Shown here: positions 8,471 to 20,167 of the stretch, one piece after another
Position numbering within the stretch: position 1 is the stretch's first letter
Layout of the letters: every line of letters starts with the position of its first letter
Source of the DNA: Nitrospiraceae bacterium
GTDB taxonomy: Bacteria; Nitrospirota; Thermodesulfovibrionia; Thermodesulfovibrionales; UBA1546
DNA: 64,000 nucleotides
Direction: 5' to 3'
Assembly: GCA_021373015.1 (NCBI GenBank)
Contig: JAJFTJ010000007.1
Location: 43,135 to 107,134 of the forward strand
Notes under the pieces: generated by a model
The model's database searches: none
Seen by the model: the letters and a program-made list of their open reading frames with translations, nothing else
What the model was told of the DNA's origin: nothing
Made by a program: the position numbers and the translations under genes

Positions 8471-9541
8471 ATGGAAAAGAAGAGAGAATCAGTTCTTGTT
8501 GTTGATGATGACCAATTCGTAAGAGAATCTTCCAGTATGCTTTTATCTGAACTCGGGTATAACGTATATGTAGTTGAAAACGGTCAGGCTGCAATTGAAA
8601 GACTTGAAAAAACAAAGATAGATATTTTATTAACGGATATAAGAATGCCCGGGATCTCAGGAATAAAACTGCTTGAGCATGCCCATGATCTTCACACCGA
8701 ACTGCCAGTAATACTGATGACTGCATATGCAAACATCGATCTGGTTGTTGATGCCATAAAAGGCAATGCATTTGATTTTATCATTAAGCCCTTTAATCCC
8801 GAGGATTTGATCAATGCTATTAACAAGGCAAGCAGGCATAACAGGCTTCTTGACATGGAAAAAAACTACAAAACCATGCTTGAGTCTACTGTTAAGAAAC
8901 AGACAAAGGAAATTGCTGATGCTCTTGAGATGGTCAGGAATATAAGCAAAGAATTAATACTTAAGCTTACAGCTGCTGCTGAATTCAGGGACACAGACAC
9001 AGGGACTCATATCGTAAGAATAGGATTGTATTCAGAGACGATTGCAGAAGCATTAGGCATGCCGCATGAATTCATCGAGGGGGTAACCTTTACCAGCCCG
9101 ATGCATGATATTGGAAAGATAGGAATACATGATGATATTCTTCTGAAGCCTGGACCGCTGACGCCTGAAGAGTTCGAGATCATGAAAACACACACAACAA
9201 TAGGCTGGAAGATATTATCAGGGTCGTCTCATGAAAGCATACAGATGGCTGCTGCTGTCGCGCTTTCCCATCATGAGCGATGGGATGGCACAGGATATCC
9301 AAAGGGTTTAAAGGGTGAAGATATACCAATCGAAGGAAGGATAGTTATGCTGGTGGATCAGTATGATGCCTTGATAAACAAGCGGCCTTATAAGCGCGCT
9401 TATACCCATAAGGAAACCGTGGATATCATAATCAAGGGAGACGGAAGAACCATGCCTCATCACTTTGACCCTGATGTACTAAATGCCTTTGCCAAATCAA
9501 AACAGCGTTTCGAGGAAATATTCAATTCGAATCAGGATTAA
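8471..9541 (+). CDS. Response regulator with HD-GYP phosphodiesterase output
   Basis: The REC domain has a canonical acceptor ([14 protein letters not shown]). The output carries HDIGKIGI and [11 protein letters not shown]. Confidence 0.9.
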   Translation: MEKKRESVLVVDDDQFVRESSSMLLSELGYNVYVVENGQAAIERLEKTKIDILLTDIRMPGISGIKLLEHAHDLHTELPVILMTAYANIDLVVDAIKGNAFDFIIKPFNPEDLINAINKASRHNRLLDMEKNYKTMLESTVKKQTKEIADALEMVRNISKELILKLTAAAEFRDTDTGTHIVRIGLYSETIAEALGMPHEFIEGVTFTSPMHDIGKIGIHDDILLKPGPLTPEEFEIMKTHTTIGWKILSGSSHESIQMAAAVALSHHERWDGTGYPKGLKGEDIPIEGRIVMLVDQYDALINKRPYKRAYTHKETVDIIIKGDGRTMPHHFDPDVLNAFAKSKQRFEEIFNSNQD

Positions 9542-10515
9542 ATTAAGAAAGTCAGATCGCCGGCATTAATTCTTTTGATAGTATTTGAAGGCAGTCTTAA
9601 AAGCAGCATTCCTTCGTCATCAATATCCTCGGCAATTCCTGTGAATGTTTCATTTCCTGCGCTTACCCTGACTTTTCTTCCCAGAGTTGAAGACAATTTC
9701 TTCCATTCCTCCAGCAATGGTTGTCTGCCTTGTTTTATAAGTTTTTCATGCCAGTATTCCATTCCTTTCAATATCTCAGCAATAATTTGTGTTCTTGATA
9801 ATGGTTTTTCGAGATGTTCTTTTAAAGATGTGGCTGCAGCTTTTACATCAGCAGGAAGGGAGTCTGGTATTATGTTTACGTTGATGCCTATGCCTATAAC
9901 CGCGGTTACTATTCTATCAGGATCTAATCTCATCTCAGTAAGGATTCCGCCAAATTTCTTATTAAGGAGCATCAAGTCATTAGGCCATTTTATTTTTACC
10001 TGAAGCTCTTCTGAATGTTTTGAAGTCAGAGACCTGACTGCCTTTGCACACGCTATTGCAGCCATAATAGTAAGCAGGGTTCCGTCTTTTGGCTGAATCT
10101 CAGGCTTAAGAATAACACTCATGTAGATATTACCTTTTGGCGGAGATATCCATGTTCTTCCGAGACGTCCCTTACCTTTTAGCTGCGTGTCTGCTATTAG
10201 AACAGCGCCGTGGCCAAGACCTTTTTCTGCAAGTTCCATCGCCTTGTTGTTTGTAGAATCAATGCTTTCGAAATAAACAATCTGGGCGCCAAAAGTTCCT
10301 TTTATAATACCGCTTAATTCCTCAACAGAAAAATCAGGTGATTCTGTGAGTTTGTATCCTTTTGCAGTAGAACCTTTAATCTTATATCCTTTTGCCCTCA
10401 ATGTTCTTATCTTTTTCCATACTGCTGCCCTTGTAATCCCCAGCTTTTTGCTCATCTCCTCACCAGAAATAAAGCCCTCAGTTTTCTGAAGCATTTTTAT
10501 TATCATATCTAACAC
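9538..10515 (-). CDS. birA: Bifunctional biotin-[acetyl-CoA-carboxylase] ligase / bio repressor BirA
   Basis: N-terminal wHTH ([29 protein letters not shown]). Ligase motif [14 protein letters not shown]. Confidence 0.9.
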   Translation of the reverse strand: MLDMIIKMLQKTEGFISGEEMSKKLGITRAAVWKKIRTLRAKGYKIKGSTAKGYKLTESPDFSVEELSGIIKGTFGAQIVYFESIDSTNNKAMELAEKGLGHGAVLIADTQLKGKGRLGRTWISPPKGNIYMSVILKPEIQPKDGTLLTIMAAIACAKAVRSLTSKHSEELQVKIKWPNDLMLLNKKFGGILTEMRLDPDRIVTAVIGIGINVNIIPDSLPADVKAAATSLKEHLEKPLSRTQIIAEILKGMEYWHEKLIKQGRQPLLEEWKKLSSTLGRKVRVSAGNETFTGIAEDIDDEGMLLLRLPSNTIKRINAGDLTFLI

Positions 10516-10524
10516 TGTAGTCTC

Positions 10525-11163
10525 TCAATTTTTTATAAATTTATTCTTCTCAATCCATTCGCATTCATTATACAGTATGCATATACTGCATGAAGGTTTC
10601 CGAGCCTTGCAGGTCTCTCTTCCGTGGAGTATCAATGCATGGTTGAATTTTGTCCATTTGTTTTTTGGTATTGAAGCCATAAGTTCCTGTTCCACTCTAT
10701 CAGGATTATTGGAATCGGCAATGCCAAGTCTGTTCGAGACTCTTAAAACATGAGTATCGACTGCAATGGACTGTTTTCCGAAGGCTCCGCCCAATACCAC
10801 GTTAGCTGTTTTTCTGCCGACTCCCGGCAGTTGTGTGAGTTCTTCTATTTCGGAGGGGACTGCACCTTTGAATTTTTCCAGCAGCATTCTGCAGCATCCA
10901 ATTATCATCTTTGCCTTGTTCCTGAAGAATCCAGTTGACTTTATCTCTTGTTCAAAGATTTTCAGATCAGCTTTGGCATAATCCTCTGCTGTTTTATATT
11001 TTTTAAATAAGGTTTTTGTAACTTCATTAACCCGGACATCAGTGCACTGCGCAGATAATATAGTTGCAACCAGAAGCTCCAGAGGGCTCGAAAATTTAAG
11101 AGCTATCTGCGGGTCAGGATATTTTTTAAGCAGAAGAGAAGTTATCTCTCTGCCGTCAGCCAT
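10525..11163 (-). CDS. nth: Endonuclease III
   Basis: LVATILSAQCTDVRVN, HhH-GPD motif LPGVGRKTANVVL, DTHVLRV, and a C-terminal 4-Cys cluster CKARKPSCSICILYNEC. Confidence 0.92.
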   Translation of the reverse strand: MADGREITSLLLKKYPDPQIALKFSSPLELLVATILSAQCTDVRVNEVTKTLFKKYKTAEDYAKADLKIFEQEIKSTGFFRNKAKMIIGCCRMLLEKFKGAVPSEIEELTQLPGVGRKTANVVLGGAFGKQSIAVDTHVLRVSNRLGIADSNNPDRVEQELMASIPKNKWTKFNHALILHGRETCKARKPSCSICILYNECEWIEKNKFIKN

Positions 11164-11192
11164 TTGTTATTTGTAAAATCATTTTAAGGATT

Positions 11193-11891
11193 TTATTCCT
11201 CTTTAAGTATTATTACTTCAATTTTACCTTCAAGGGCTGACTTGAATTTTTCTGCGTCTGCTTCTGTTCCAACTATCGAACCATAGTGCATTGGGATTGC
11301 AATTTTTGGCTTGATATCAAGGGCTGCTTTTACTGCTTCATCAGCTGTCATCACATATGTGCCTGATACGGGCAGGAGTGCAATGTCAACCTTGAAATTT
11401 TTCATCTCAGGAATATAATCTGTGTCGCCTGCCAGATATATCCTCTGGGTTTTTACAGTAAATATGAATCCTACCCATCCTTTATCCTTTGTGTGAAACT
11501 GCTTGTTGGTGTTATAGGATGGAACTGTTTCTATATCAATGCCATGCACATTTATCTTATCGCCGGGTTTTACGATCTTTATGTTCCCGTTTAATTTTTT
11601 GGCGCAGTCAGAGACTGTTACGATAACCGTATCATGTCCCTGGATTTTTTTTATATCTTCAGGTGAACAGTGGTCGCGGTGTTCGTGAGTAACAAGGATT
11701 ATGTCCGCCTTCCCAGTGTTTTTAATCTTAAAAGGATCGGTGTAGATTATCTTTTCGCCTGAAATTTTGAATGTATCATGACCCAGCCAGTGGATATCTT
11801 TTATCATTGTCTTTGCCTCCTTGCATTCAGAATCCAAAGCGAGTAAAACTAAAAAAGTGAAAAAAAATATAGTGAAAATGGATCTTTTCAT
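11193..11891 (-). CDS. MBL-fold metal-dependent hydrolase with N-terminal signal peptide
   Basis: GGAGGG SD precedes the ATG at 11889-11891 (Met33 of the track ORF). Signal-like MKRSIFTIFFFTFLVLLALDSEC, then HWLGHDTFKI...ILVTHEHRDHCS. Confidence 0.75.
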   Translation of the reverse strand: MKRSIFTIFFFTFLVLLALDSECKEAKTMIKDIHWLGHDTFKISGEKIIYTDPFKIKNTGKADIILVTHEHRDHCSPEDIKKIQGHDTVIVTVSDCAKKLNGNIKIVKPGDKINVHGIDIETVPSYNTNKQFHTKDKGWVGFIFTVKTQRIYLAGDTDYIPEMKNFKVDIALLPVSGTYVMTADEAVKAALDIKPKIAIPMHYGSIVGTEADAEKFKSALEGKIEVIILKEE

Positions 11892-12013
11892 TAATCCCTC
11901 CTTTGAGCCTAAGATTATTAGAAAAATTATAACATAAAAATTTTTTATCAAAAAACTGTTAATCTCTAGACGGATAAACAATTCCATGGTAAAATTTTAA
12001 ACATGGTGAAAAA

Positions 12014-13546
12014 ATGAAAAGCAAGGTAAATCACCAGTCAAGAATCAGGGTGCTGTTAGTCGATGATAATGCGAGAAATGCCTCGCTTGTTGAGGGGTAT
12101 CTGAACACTTTTTATGAAGTAATCGAATTAAAATCCGGCGAAGAATGCCTTCAATTCTTGCAAAAAGAAAAAGTCGATTTAGTCCTGATTAACGCTGGCA
12201 TGCAGGAAATGAACGGTTATGAAACCTGCAAAAAAATTAAAACCGACAGGGAAACTCTGCATATTCCTGTAATATTAATGTCTTCCTTGCCAACCGGACA
12301 AGAAAGGATGAGAAGTCTACAGTCCGGAGCTGATGATTTTATAAGCAAACCTTTTGGCATGGATGAAGTTGTTGCAAGAGTCAGGGCACATTTGAGGATA
12401 AAGGAAACATGCAATTATCTTGAAAGTGCGAACAGTAATCTATCTGCATTGGTTTCAAATGTCTCGACTATTTTTAAAAAATTTGACCCTGAAAGCTTTA
12501 ATGACAAGGAATTTGATAAATCAATTCTCGACATGATATTGAGAAAAGATATAACAGAAAAGAATAAGGCCTCTCATGTTTTTATGGGGATTCAGAATGG
12601 TGACAGGATAAAAGGAGAAATATATAGCGCAGGCGCTAAGGCTGTTGAATGCACCATTCCTCTGAATTTTTATCAGCCCAAGCATAAGGCAGAAAAAGAT
12701 GAGAGTCTTCCGCTGATTTATTCAAATCATACTGATGCAGAATCAGATGCAGAATATCAGGAATCTTTTGCTGTTGAGCTTTCAAATATTATAGGCAGGA
12801 TAAGCAACTTCGCAGCATATGTATCGAATTTGAAGGAAGTAATTGCATTTAATTACGGACACCCTGCAGCACATTCAAATGCTCAGCTGCTTAAGGGGCT
12901 TGAGCTTTATGCCCCGCTTTTCAAAGGAATTTCAAGAAAAATAAAAGAAATGGATGAGGCGCTGGTGCATTCCCTTGATGCACTGGCAGTTGCATCAGAA
13001 GTGCTGGTTGGAAAGCCGAACCATATATACAGGATTAATAAATATGCCACTATATTAGCAAAGCAGCTTGTGTTATCAGACAAATTTGTTCGTGATATTG
13101 GTATTGCTGCTAAGCTTCATGATGTCGGTAATTTTCATGTATCTCCTGATATTCTTAGGAAAAGTCAGAAACTTACTCATGAAGAGCTTGAAGCCGTAAA
13201 ACAGCACCCTCTTCATGGCGCTAAACTATTGGGAGATAATCCTAAGCTGAAGATGGCGAAATCAGTTGCGCTTACACACCATGAAAGATGGGATGGAAGC
13301 GGTTATCCTTATGGATTGAAAGGGAATAAGATTCCATTAGAAGGAAGGATTGTGAGCATTGCAGACCATTATGATGCTCTAAGAAGTTGTCGCTCTTACA
13401 GGCCTGCATACGGTCACGTTGAGACATGCATGATAATAACTGAAGGTGACGGGAAGACAACCCCGCATCACTTTGACCCTCAGATAATGAATGCATTCAA
13501 GTATGTCTGCGGTCAGTTCGAAGAAATTCACGAAAAACTAAAGTAA
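12014..13546 (+). CDS. Atypical receiver (Asn at acceptor position), unknown central region, HD-GYP domain
   Basis: REC-like N-terminus RVLLVDDNARN...VDLVLINAGMQEMNG...SKPF, where the canonical acceptor Asp is N60 (AAC at 12191-12193). C-terminal HDVGNFHV and HHERWDGSGYP. Confidence 0.85.
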   Translation: MKSKVNHQSRIRVLLVDDNARNASLVEGYLNTFYEVIELKSGEECLQFLQKEKVDLVLINAGMQEMNGYETCKKIKTDRETLHIPVILMSSLPTGQERMRSLQSGADDFISKPFGMDEVVARVRAHLRIKETCNYLESANSNLSALVSNVSTIFKKFDPESFNDKEFDKSILDMILRKDITEKNKASHVFMGIQNGDRIKGEIYSAGAKAVECTIPLNFYQPKHKAEKDESLPLIYSNHTDAESDAEYQESFAVELSNIIGRISNFAAYVSNLKEVIAFNYGHPAAHSNAQLLKGLELYAPLFKGISRKIKEMDEALVHSLDALAVASEVLVGKPNHIYRINKYATILAKQLVLSDKFVRDIGIAAKLHDVGNFHVSPDILRKSQKLTHEELEAVKQHPLHGAKLLGDNPKLKMAKSVALTHHERWDGSGYPYGLKGNKIPLEGRIVSIADHYDALRSCRSYRPAYGHVETCMIITEGDGKTTPHHFDPQIMNAFKYVCGQFEEIHEKLK

Positions 13547-14428
13547 AAGATATCTTTTTGGATTATCAAATGCAGCTGAAATAATCTCGGCATCAGGAAT
13601 CCCTATGGCTTTAAGTATCTTGATAGCTTCACTTATTGTAAGACTGCTACCTTTCAATATTGTTTTCTTGTCTTGAATAGATTTTTTTACAGCAGATGTT
13701 TTTTTAATTGAGTCTGATACTATTATAATCTTATCAAGGCGTTTCTTTGAAAAAATCAATTCCAGTGTCTTTGGATGAAGATGGATTCCGTCTGCTATGA
13801 CCTCTATGTAAATGTCCTCATCAATCAGGCCAAAGCCGGAAAGTCCTGGCTCTCTATGATGAAACGGCTTCATTGCATTGAAAATATGTGTTATTCCAGT
13901 TGCCCCGGCCTGTTTTCCTTCAAATGCCTGTTCATAAGTTGCATCAGAATGACCCATGTTGACTCTGATATTAAGATCATTAAATTTTTCTATAAGTTTT
14001 AATGCACCAGGGATTTCAGGGGCAAGTGTTGCTATCTTTATCATGTCCTCGTATCCATCAATCAGTTTTTTCAGCGCAGAAGTTGAAGGCTTGATAAAGT
14101 GTTTTTTATCCAATGCTCCAGCCCTTAGTGGATTTAAAAAAGGACCTTCAAGATGAACTCCCAGAATAAGAGAAGAGCTTATCTTAGAATTCTGGATTTC
14201 ATAGCTTCTGACTTTTAATTTTGAAGCCTGGATATCCATTGCTTTTTTTACGGCTTCCATCTGTTTTCTCATCAAGCTTATTGGTCCAGGATATATGGTT
14301 GGAAGTATTGCAGAAGCGCATTTATTTGCATGAAGTTCAGCCATCTTTAAGATATCTTCTGAACAGACTGTCTTGGTATCATATTTCCCAATGCCATGAG
14401 TATGCAGGTCTATTAGTCCCTGAAACAT
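13538..14428 (-). CDS. NagA-like amidohydrolase (N-acetylglucosamine-6-phosphate deacetylase family), short form
   Basis: DLHTHG, GVHLEGPFLNP, ATLAPE, GHSDATYEQA and THIFNAM. At 296 aa it lacks the usual N-terminal beta-sandwich. GGAGG SD present. Confidence 0.7.
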   Translation of the reverse strand: MFQGLIDLHTHGIGKYDTKTVCSEDILKMAELHANKCASAILPTIYPGPISLMRKQMEAVKKAMDIQASKLKVRSYEIQNSKISSSLILGVHLEGPFLNPLRAGALDKKHFIKPSTSALKKLIDGYEDMIKIATLAPEIPGALKLIEKFNDLNIRVNMGHSDATYEQAFEGKQAGATGITHIFNAMKPFHHREPGLSGFGLIDEDIYIEVIADGIHLHPKTLELIFSKKRLDKIIIVSDSIKKTSAVKKSIQDKKTILKGSSLTISEAIKILKAIGIPDAEIISAAFDNPKRYLLL

Positions 14429-14547
14429 AAATCAATCCTCCTTGGTTTGTAACAACTTTATTTTGTTGCTGTGACAATGCGGTAAATAAATAATATTCTA
14501 CCTTAGAAAAAGTAGAAAGTGAATACCGATTTCTGCTAAAGTTATAA

Positions 14548-15351
14548 ATGATGAATTATGCAAAGATTTCCAGCGCAGTTAATCAAAAAATCAAAGAAAT
14601 CATCGATATAAAAAACAAGAGAGGGAAATATAAAGGCAATGCCTTTATTCTTGACGGTCCTCATCTTATTGAGATGGCTCTTGCCTCTGGTACAAAGATC
14701 AGCAGGGTTTTGATTACAGAAAAGTTTGCATCAAAAAAAGAGGGAAGGGCTGTTTTGACTTTACTGAAAAATAAAGCTGAAATTTTTGAGGTTGAAGAAC
14801 GCATAATTGCAAAGATAGCTGACACAGAAACTCCGCAGGGCATATTAGCAGTCGCATCATATCCTAGTGTGAGACTTTCAGACATAAAATTTAAATCAGA
14901 TCCGTTTTTGATAATTATAGATAACATTCAGGAACCAGGGAATCTTGGCGCGATAATCAGGACTGCTGATGCTGCCGGAGCAGATGCAGTGATTATTTTA
15001 AAAGGCACATGTGATATATTTATGCAGAAAACACTGCGTGCAACCGCAGGAAGCATATTCAATATTCAGGTTGTCAGCTCAAGCACAGATGAGGTCATTA
15101 AATGGCTGAAAGCAAATAATATAACCCTTATATCTACAGCAGCGGATGCACAGCTCTCGATATTCGATGCAGATATTAAAAAAGCCTCTGCATTTGTATT
15201 CGGGAATGAGGCCCATGGCATAAGCGCAGAAATACAAAAGAATGCCGACCTTGTTTTGAGTATCCCGATTATGGGAAAAGCGGAAAGCCTGAATGTTGCC
15301 GTTTGTGCTGCTATATGTTTATATGAAGCAGTAAGACAGAAAACAAGATAA
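14548..15351 (+). CDS. SpoU/TrmH-family RNA 2'-O-methyltransferase (RlmB-like)
   Basis: EPGNLGAIIRTADAAGADAVI, FVFGNEAHGIS and IPIMGKAESLNVAVCAAICLYE. Confidence 0.88.
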   Translation: MMNYAKISSAVNQKIKEIIDIKNKRGKYKGNAFILDGPHLIEMALASGTKISRVLITEKFASKKEGRAVLTLLKNKAEIFEVEERIIAKIADTETPQGILAVASYPSVRLSDIKFKSDPFLIIIDNIQEPGNLGAIIRTADAAGADAVIILKGTCDIFMQKTLRATAGSIFNIQVVSSSTDEVIKWLKANNITLISTAADAQLSIFDADIKKASAFVFGNEAHGISAEIQKNADLVLSIPIMGKAESLNVAVCAAICLYEAVRQKTR

Positions 15352-15764
15352 TTATTTTGGAGTTTTCACCTTTGAAATGTTAACTCCTGTTACTGCTCTT
15401 TCAAGGGCAGCTTCAGCCTTGTGTGCATCGCAAGTCTCGCATTTTCTGAATCTTTCTTCAGCTTCTTTCATTGCAGCCCTTGCCTTTTCAATATCGCTTT
15501 CTTCTGAAAGCTCTGCTCTATCGGCAAGAATAACGATTTTATCAGAACTTACTTCTGCATATCCCCAGTTCACAAAAAAGAATTTATAATCCTTTCCTAC
15601 TCTGCCTGAGACCATTCCTATTTTTATTGTGGTTATAAATGGTGCATGTCCCGGAAGGACTCCAAATTCTCCTTCAGAGCCGCTTGCAGTTACCTCGTCT
15701 ACTTTTCCGCTGTAGACGAGGCCCTGAGGTGTAACTATTTCAAGTAAAAGCTTTTCTTCAGCCA

Positions 15765-15765
<1 letters not shown>
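15352..15765 (-). CDS. atpC: F1 ATP synthase epsilon subunit
   Basis: LEIVTPQGLVYSGKVDEVTASGSEGEFGVLPGHAPFIT. The start overlaps the atpD stop by 1 nt (TAATG). Confidence 0.93.
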
Positions 15766-17204
<1,439 letters not shown>

Positions 17205-17246
17205 TTATACATAAATTATTTTTTAAAATTAATAAGATTTTTCATT

Positions 17247-18113
17247 TTATCCTTTAAGAGCTTCAACGCCTCCGACAATATCCATAAGTTCTGTTGTGAT
17301 AGAAGTCTGTCTGGCCTTGTTGTACTGCAGGGTAAGGCTGTCTATCATGTCATTGGCGCTTTTTGTTGCATTTTCCATTGCAGTCATTCTTGCTGCCTCT
17401 TCAGAGCCTTGTGACTCAAGCAGCGCGCTGAATATCTGTATCTCGACGTTTTTAGGAAGCAGATCATCGAATAACTCTTCTTTATTTGGCTCATAGATAA
17501 AATTGGATACCGGCTGAACCTCTGCTGTTGTTTCTAAAGGAGCCATAGGCAAGAGTCTTGGTGTAACAGTCTCTTGGGCTATGACTGATTTGAATTCATT
17601 GTATATAAGTATGACTTCATCCACTGCCTCGCTCACATAATTTTCAATTATGTTTATTGAAATCTCCTGAGCATTGGTAAATGCAACGCTTCCTGCAATA
17701 TTCCATGATTTTCTTAGCTGGATATTTCTTCTTTTGTAATATTCATAAGCCTTTCTTCCTATTGTGCTTATGGTTACCTCTATCCCCTTTTGTTTAAGCT
17801 CTGCTATTTGCTTTACTGCATTCTTTAGAATATTAGAGTTAAAAGCGCCGCAAAGACCTCTGTCACTTGTAAAAACTACAACTTCAACCTTTTTTACTGG
17901 TCTTGTTACAAGTAAAGGATGAGTCTCAGCCTCTACGCTGTTTGCAAGGCTTGAAATGACGGCATTCATTCTGGTGGCATAAGGTCTCATTTCAATTAGT
18001 CTCTCATGAGCTCTTCTGAACTTTGCAGCAGAAACCATCTTCATAGCACGTGTTATCTGCTTAGTGCTGTGAACAGCCTTTATCCTTCTTTTGATATCTC
18101 TTAATGTTGCCAT
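17247..18113 (-). CDS. atpG: F1 ATP synthase gamma subunit
   Basis: MATLRDIKRRIKAVHSTKQITRAMKMVSAAK ... ITTELMDIVGG. Confidence 0.95.
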   Translation of the reverse strand: MATLRDIKRRIKAVHSTKQITRAMKMVSAAKFRRAHERLIEMRPYATRMNAVISSLANSVEAETHPLLVTRPVKKVEVVVFTSDRGLCGAFNSNILKNAVKQIAELKQKGIEVTISTIGRKAYEYYKRRNIQLRKSWNIAGSVAFTNAQEISINIIENYVSEAVDEVILIYNEFKSVIAQETVTPRLLPMAPLETTAEVQPVSNFIYEPNKEELFDDLLPKNVEIQIFSALLESQGSEEAARMTAMENATKSANDMIDSLTLQYNKARQTSITTELMDIVGGVEALKG

Positions 18114-19631
18114 TTATGCCTTGAACCCAACCTTAAAATGATTGATTGCCTCTGTTAGCCTTGCCTTGAGGTTGTCGTCAATTGTTTTTTTCTCTTTCAG
18201 ATCTTTCTTTATGTCAGCTTTTTGGTCTCTCATGTAAACGAGAAGTTCGGTCTCAAATTCTTTTACAGCTTCAACAGCTATATCATCAAGGAAGCCTTGT
18301 GTTCCAGCAAAAAGAACTATTACCTGTTCTTCCATTGACATAGGAGCATATTGTCCCTGTTTCAGGAGCTCGCTGAGTCTCTTGCCTCTTTCTATCTGCG
18401 CAAGCGTTGCCTTATCAAGATCGCTTCCGAACTGTGCAAATGCAGCGAGTTCTCTGAACTGAGCAAGCTCAAGTCTTATTGTTCCTGCAACCTGTTTCAT
18501 AGCTTTTGTCTGCGCAGCTCCGCCAACACGGCTGACTGAAAGACCCACGTTAACAGCAGGTCTTACTCCAGCATAGAAAAGCTCTCCCTCGAGGTATATC
18601 TGACCATCTGTGATTGAGATAACGTTTGTTGGAATATAACCCGACACGTCACCTGCCTGTGTCTCGATTATAGGCAGCGCTGTGAGTGAACCTCCGCCAA
18701 GCTCTTTCGAGAGTTTGGCAGCTCTTTCCAGAAGTCTTGAGTGTAAGTAGAAAACATCGCCGGGGAATGCTTCACGTCCAGGCGGTCTTCTGAGAAGAAG
18801 CGACAGTTGTCTGTAAGCAGTTGCCTGTTTTGAAAGGTCATCATATATTATTAAAGCGTGTTTGCCTTTATCCCTGAAATATTCACCTATGGCACATCCT
18901 GTATATGGAGCAATATACTGAAGAGGTGCAGGTTCGCTTGCAGTAGCTGAAACTATGATCGTATGCTCCAGTGCTCCGTGTTCTTCAAGGGTCTTCATAA
19001 CACGTGCAACGTTTGCGCGTTTCTGGCCTACTGCAACATATATGCATACAACATCTTCGCCTTTTTGATTTATGATTGCATCTATAGCAATTGCTGTCTT
19101 TCCTGTCTGACGGTCGCCGATAATAAGCTCTCTCTGTCCTCTTCCGATTGGGATCATTGAGTCGATCGCCTTAAGTCCTGTCTGGAGAGGCTCTCCAACA
19201 GGCTGTCTGTCAATAATACCAGGGGCGACAACATCAACCATTTTTCTGTCCTTTGTAACAACAGGACCTTTTCCGTCAATGGGCTGGCCTATTGCATTTA
19301 CAACCCTGCCTTTCATATTATCGCCTACTGGCACAGACATGATCCTGCCTGTGCGCTTTACAACATCGCCTTCTTTAATTAAAGAGTCATCACCAAAAAG
19401 AACCGCACCGACAGTATCTTCTTCAAGGTTAAGCGCCATGCCCATGACGCCGCTAGGGAACTCAAGAAGCTCTGACGCCATACACTTCTCAAGGCCGTAA
19501 ACCCTTGCGATACCGTCGCCTACAGCGATGACAGTTCCTATTTCACTTACATCTACTTTTTTTTCAAAATCAGAAATCTGTTTTTTTAAAAGTTCACTAA
19601 TCTCATCAACCTTAATCTGCATCTCCATCAC
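18114..19631 (-). CDS. atpA: F1 ATP synthase alpha subunit
   Basis: GDRQTGKT Walker [21 protein letters not shown] and ITDGQIYL. Confidence 0.97.
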   Translation of the reverse strand: MMEMQIKVDEISELLKKQISDFEKKVDVSEIGTVIAVGDGIARVYGLEKCMASELLEFPSGVMGMALNLEEDTVGAVLFGDDSLIKEGDVVKRTGRIMSVPVGDNMKGRVVNAIGQPIDGKGPVVTKDRKMVDVVAPGIIDRQPVGEPLQTGLKAIDSMIPIGRGQRELIIGDRQTGKTAIAIDAIINQKGEDVVCIYVAVGQKRANVARVMKTLEEHGALEHTIIVSATASEPAPLQYIAPYTGCAIGEYFRDKGKHALIIYDDLSKQATAYRQLSLLLRRPPGREAFPGDVFYLHSRLLERAAKLSKELGGGSLTALPIIETQAGDVSGYIPTNVISITDGQIYLEGELFYAGVRPAVNVGLSVSRVGGAAQTKAMKQVAGTIRLELAQFRELAAFAQFGSDLDKATLAQIERGKRLSELLKQGQYAPMSMEEQVIVLFAGTQGFLDDIAVEAVKEFETELLVYMRDQKADIKKDLKEKKTIDDNLKARLTEAINHFKVGFKA

Positions 19632-20167
19632 CCCTTTATAAGCTCATCTTTTAAAAGCCTAAGCTGGCCTTTTATGCTTGTATCATACATAGTGCTTCCG
19701 ACCTTGACGAGAATTCCACCAATAAGCGTGGGGTCAAGTACAAAGTCCATGTCCACGTCTTTGTTTGTAAGTTTCTTAAGCGCCTCAGAGAGCCTGCTCT
19801 CATGGGTCCTATCAATTTTCATTGGAGTTATTACAACTGCCTTGGCCTTGTGTTTCTTTTCAAGATATATGTTTGTAGTCATCCTGATAATCTCAGGAAG
19901 GCTAGTAATCGTCATGTTATTAGAAAGATATGTCACGAATTTAATTGTATAATCTGAGAATCCTGCTATTTTTCCTAACTGTTTAAGGACTTTTTCCTTT
20001 TCTCCTGAAGTAAACTGGGGACCCATGAGAAGTCCTTTTAGCTTTTTACTTTTGTTCATAAGGCTGGTTACTGCTGTCAGTTCATCTATATATGTAATTG
20101 CATCTTCGATGCCGACCATATTCAGAAACATCTTGGAATATTTTTTTGCCTGCTTGTTGTGTTTCAT
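19628..20167 (-). CDS. atpH: F1 ATP synthase delta (OSCP) subunit
   Basis: Call is based on size, its position between b and alpha, and the C-terminal [21 protein letters not shown]. Confidence 0.85.
   Translation of the reverse strand: MKHNKQAKKYSKMFLNMVGIEDAITYIDELTAVTSLMNKSKKLKGLLMGPQFTSGEKEKVLKQLGKIAGFSDYTIKFVTYLSNNMTITSLPEIIRMTTNIYLEKKHKAKAVVITPMKIDRTHESRLSEALKKLTNKDVDMDFVLDPTLIGGILVKVGSTMYDTSIKGQLRLLKDELIKG

Noticed and set aside
11892-11987. N-terminal extensions in the ORF track. Others are at 21171-21209 (atp b'), 37216-37242 (ABC permease), 42605-42679 (XRE), 44022-44057 (sugar kinase) and 58777-58803 (fdhB).
   Set aside because: In each case a downstream ATG is preceded by a good SD or a -10 box, or it overlaps the upstream stop. 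The extension has no family-typical sequence, and several extensions start at TTG.
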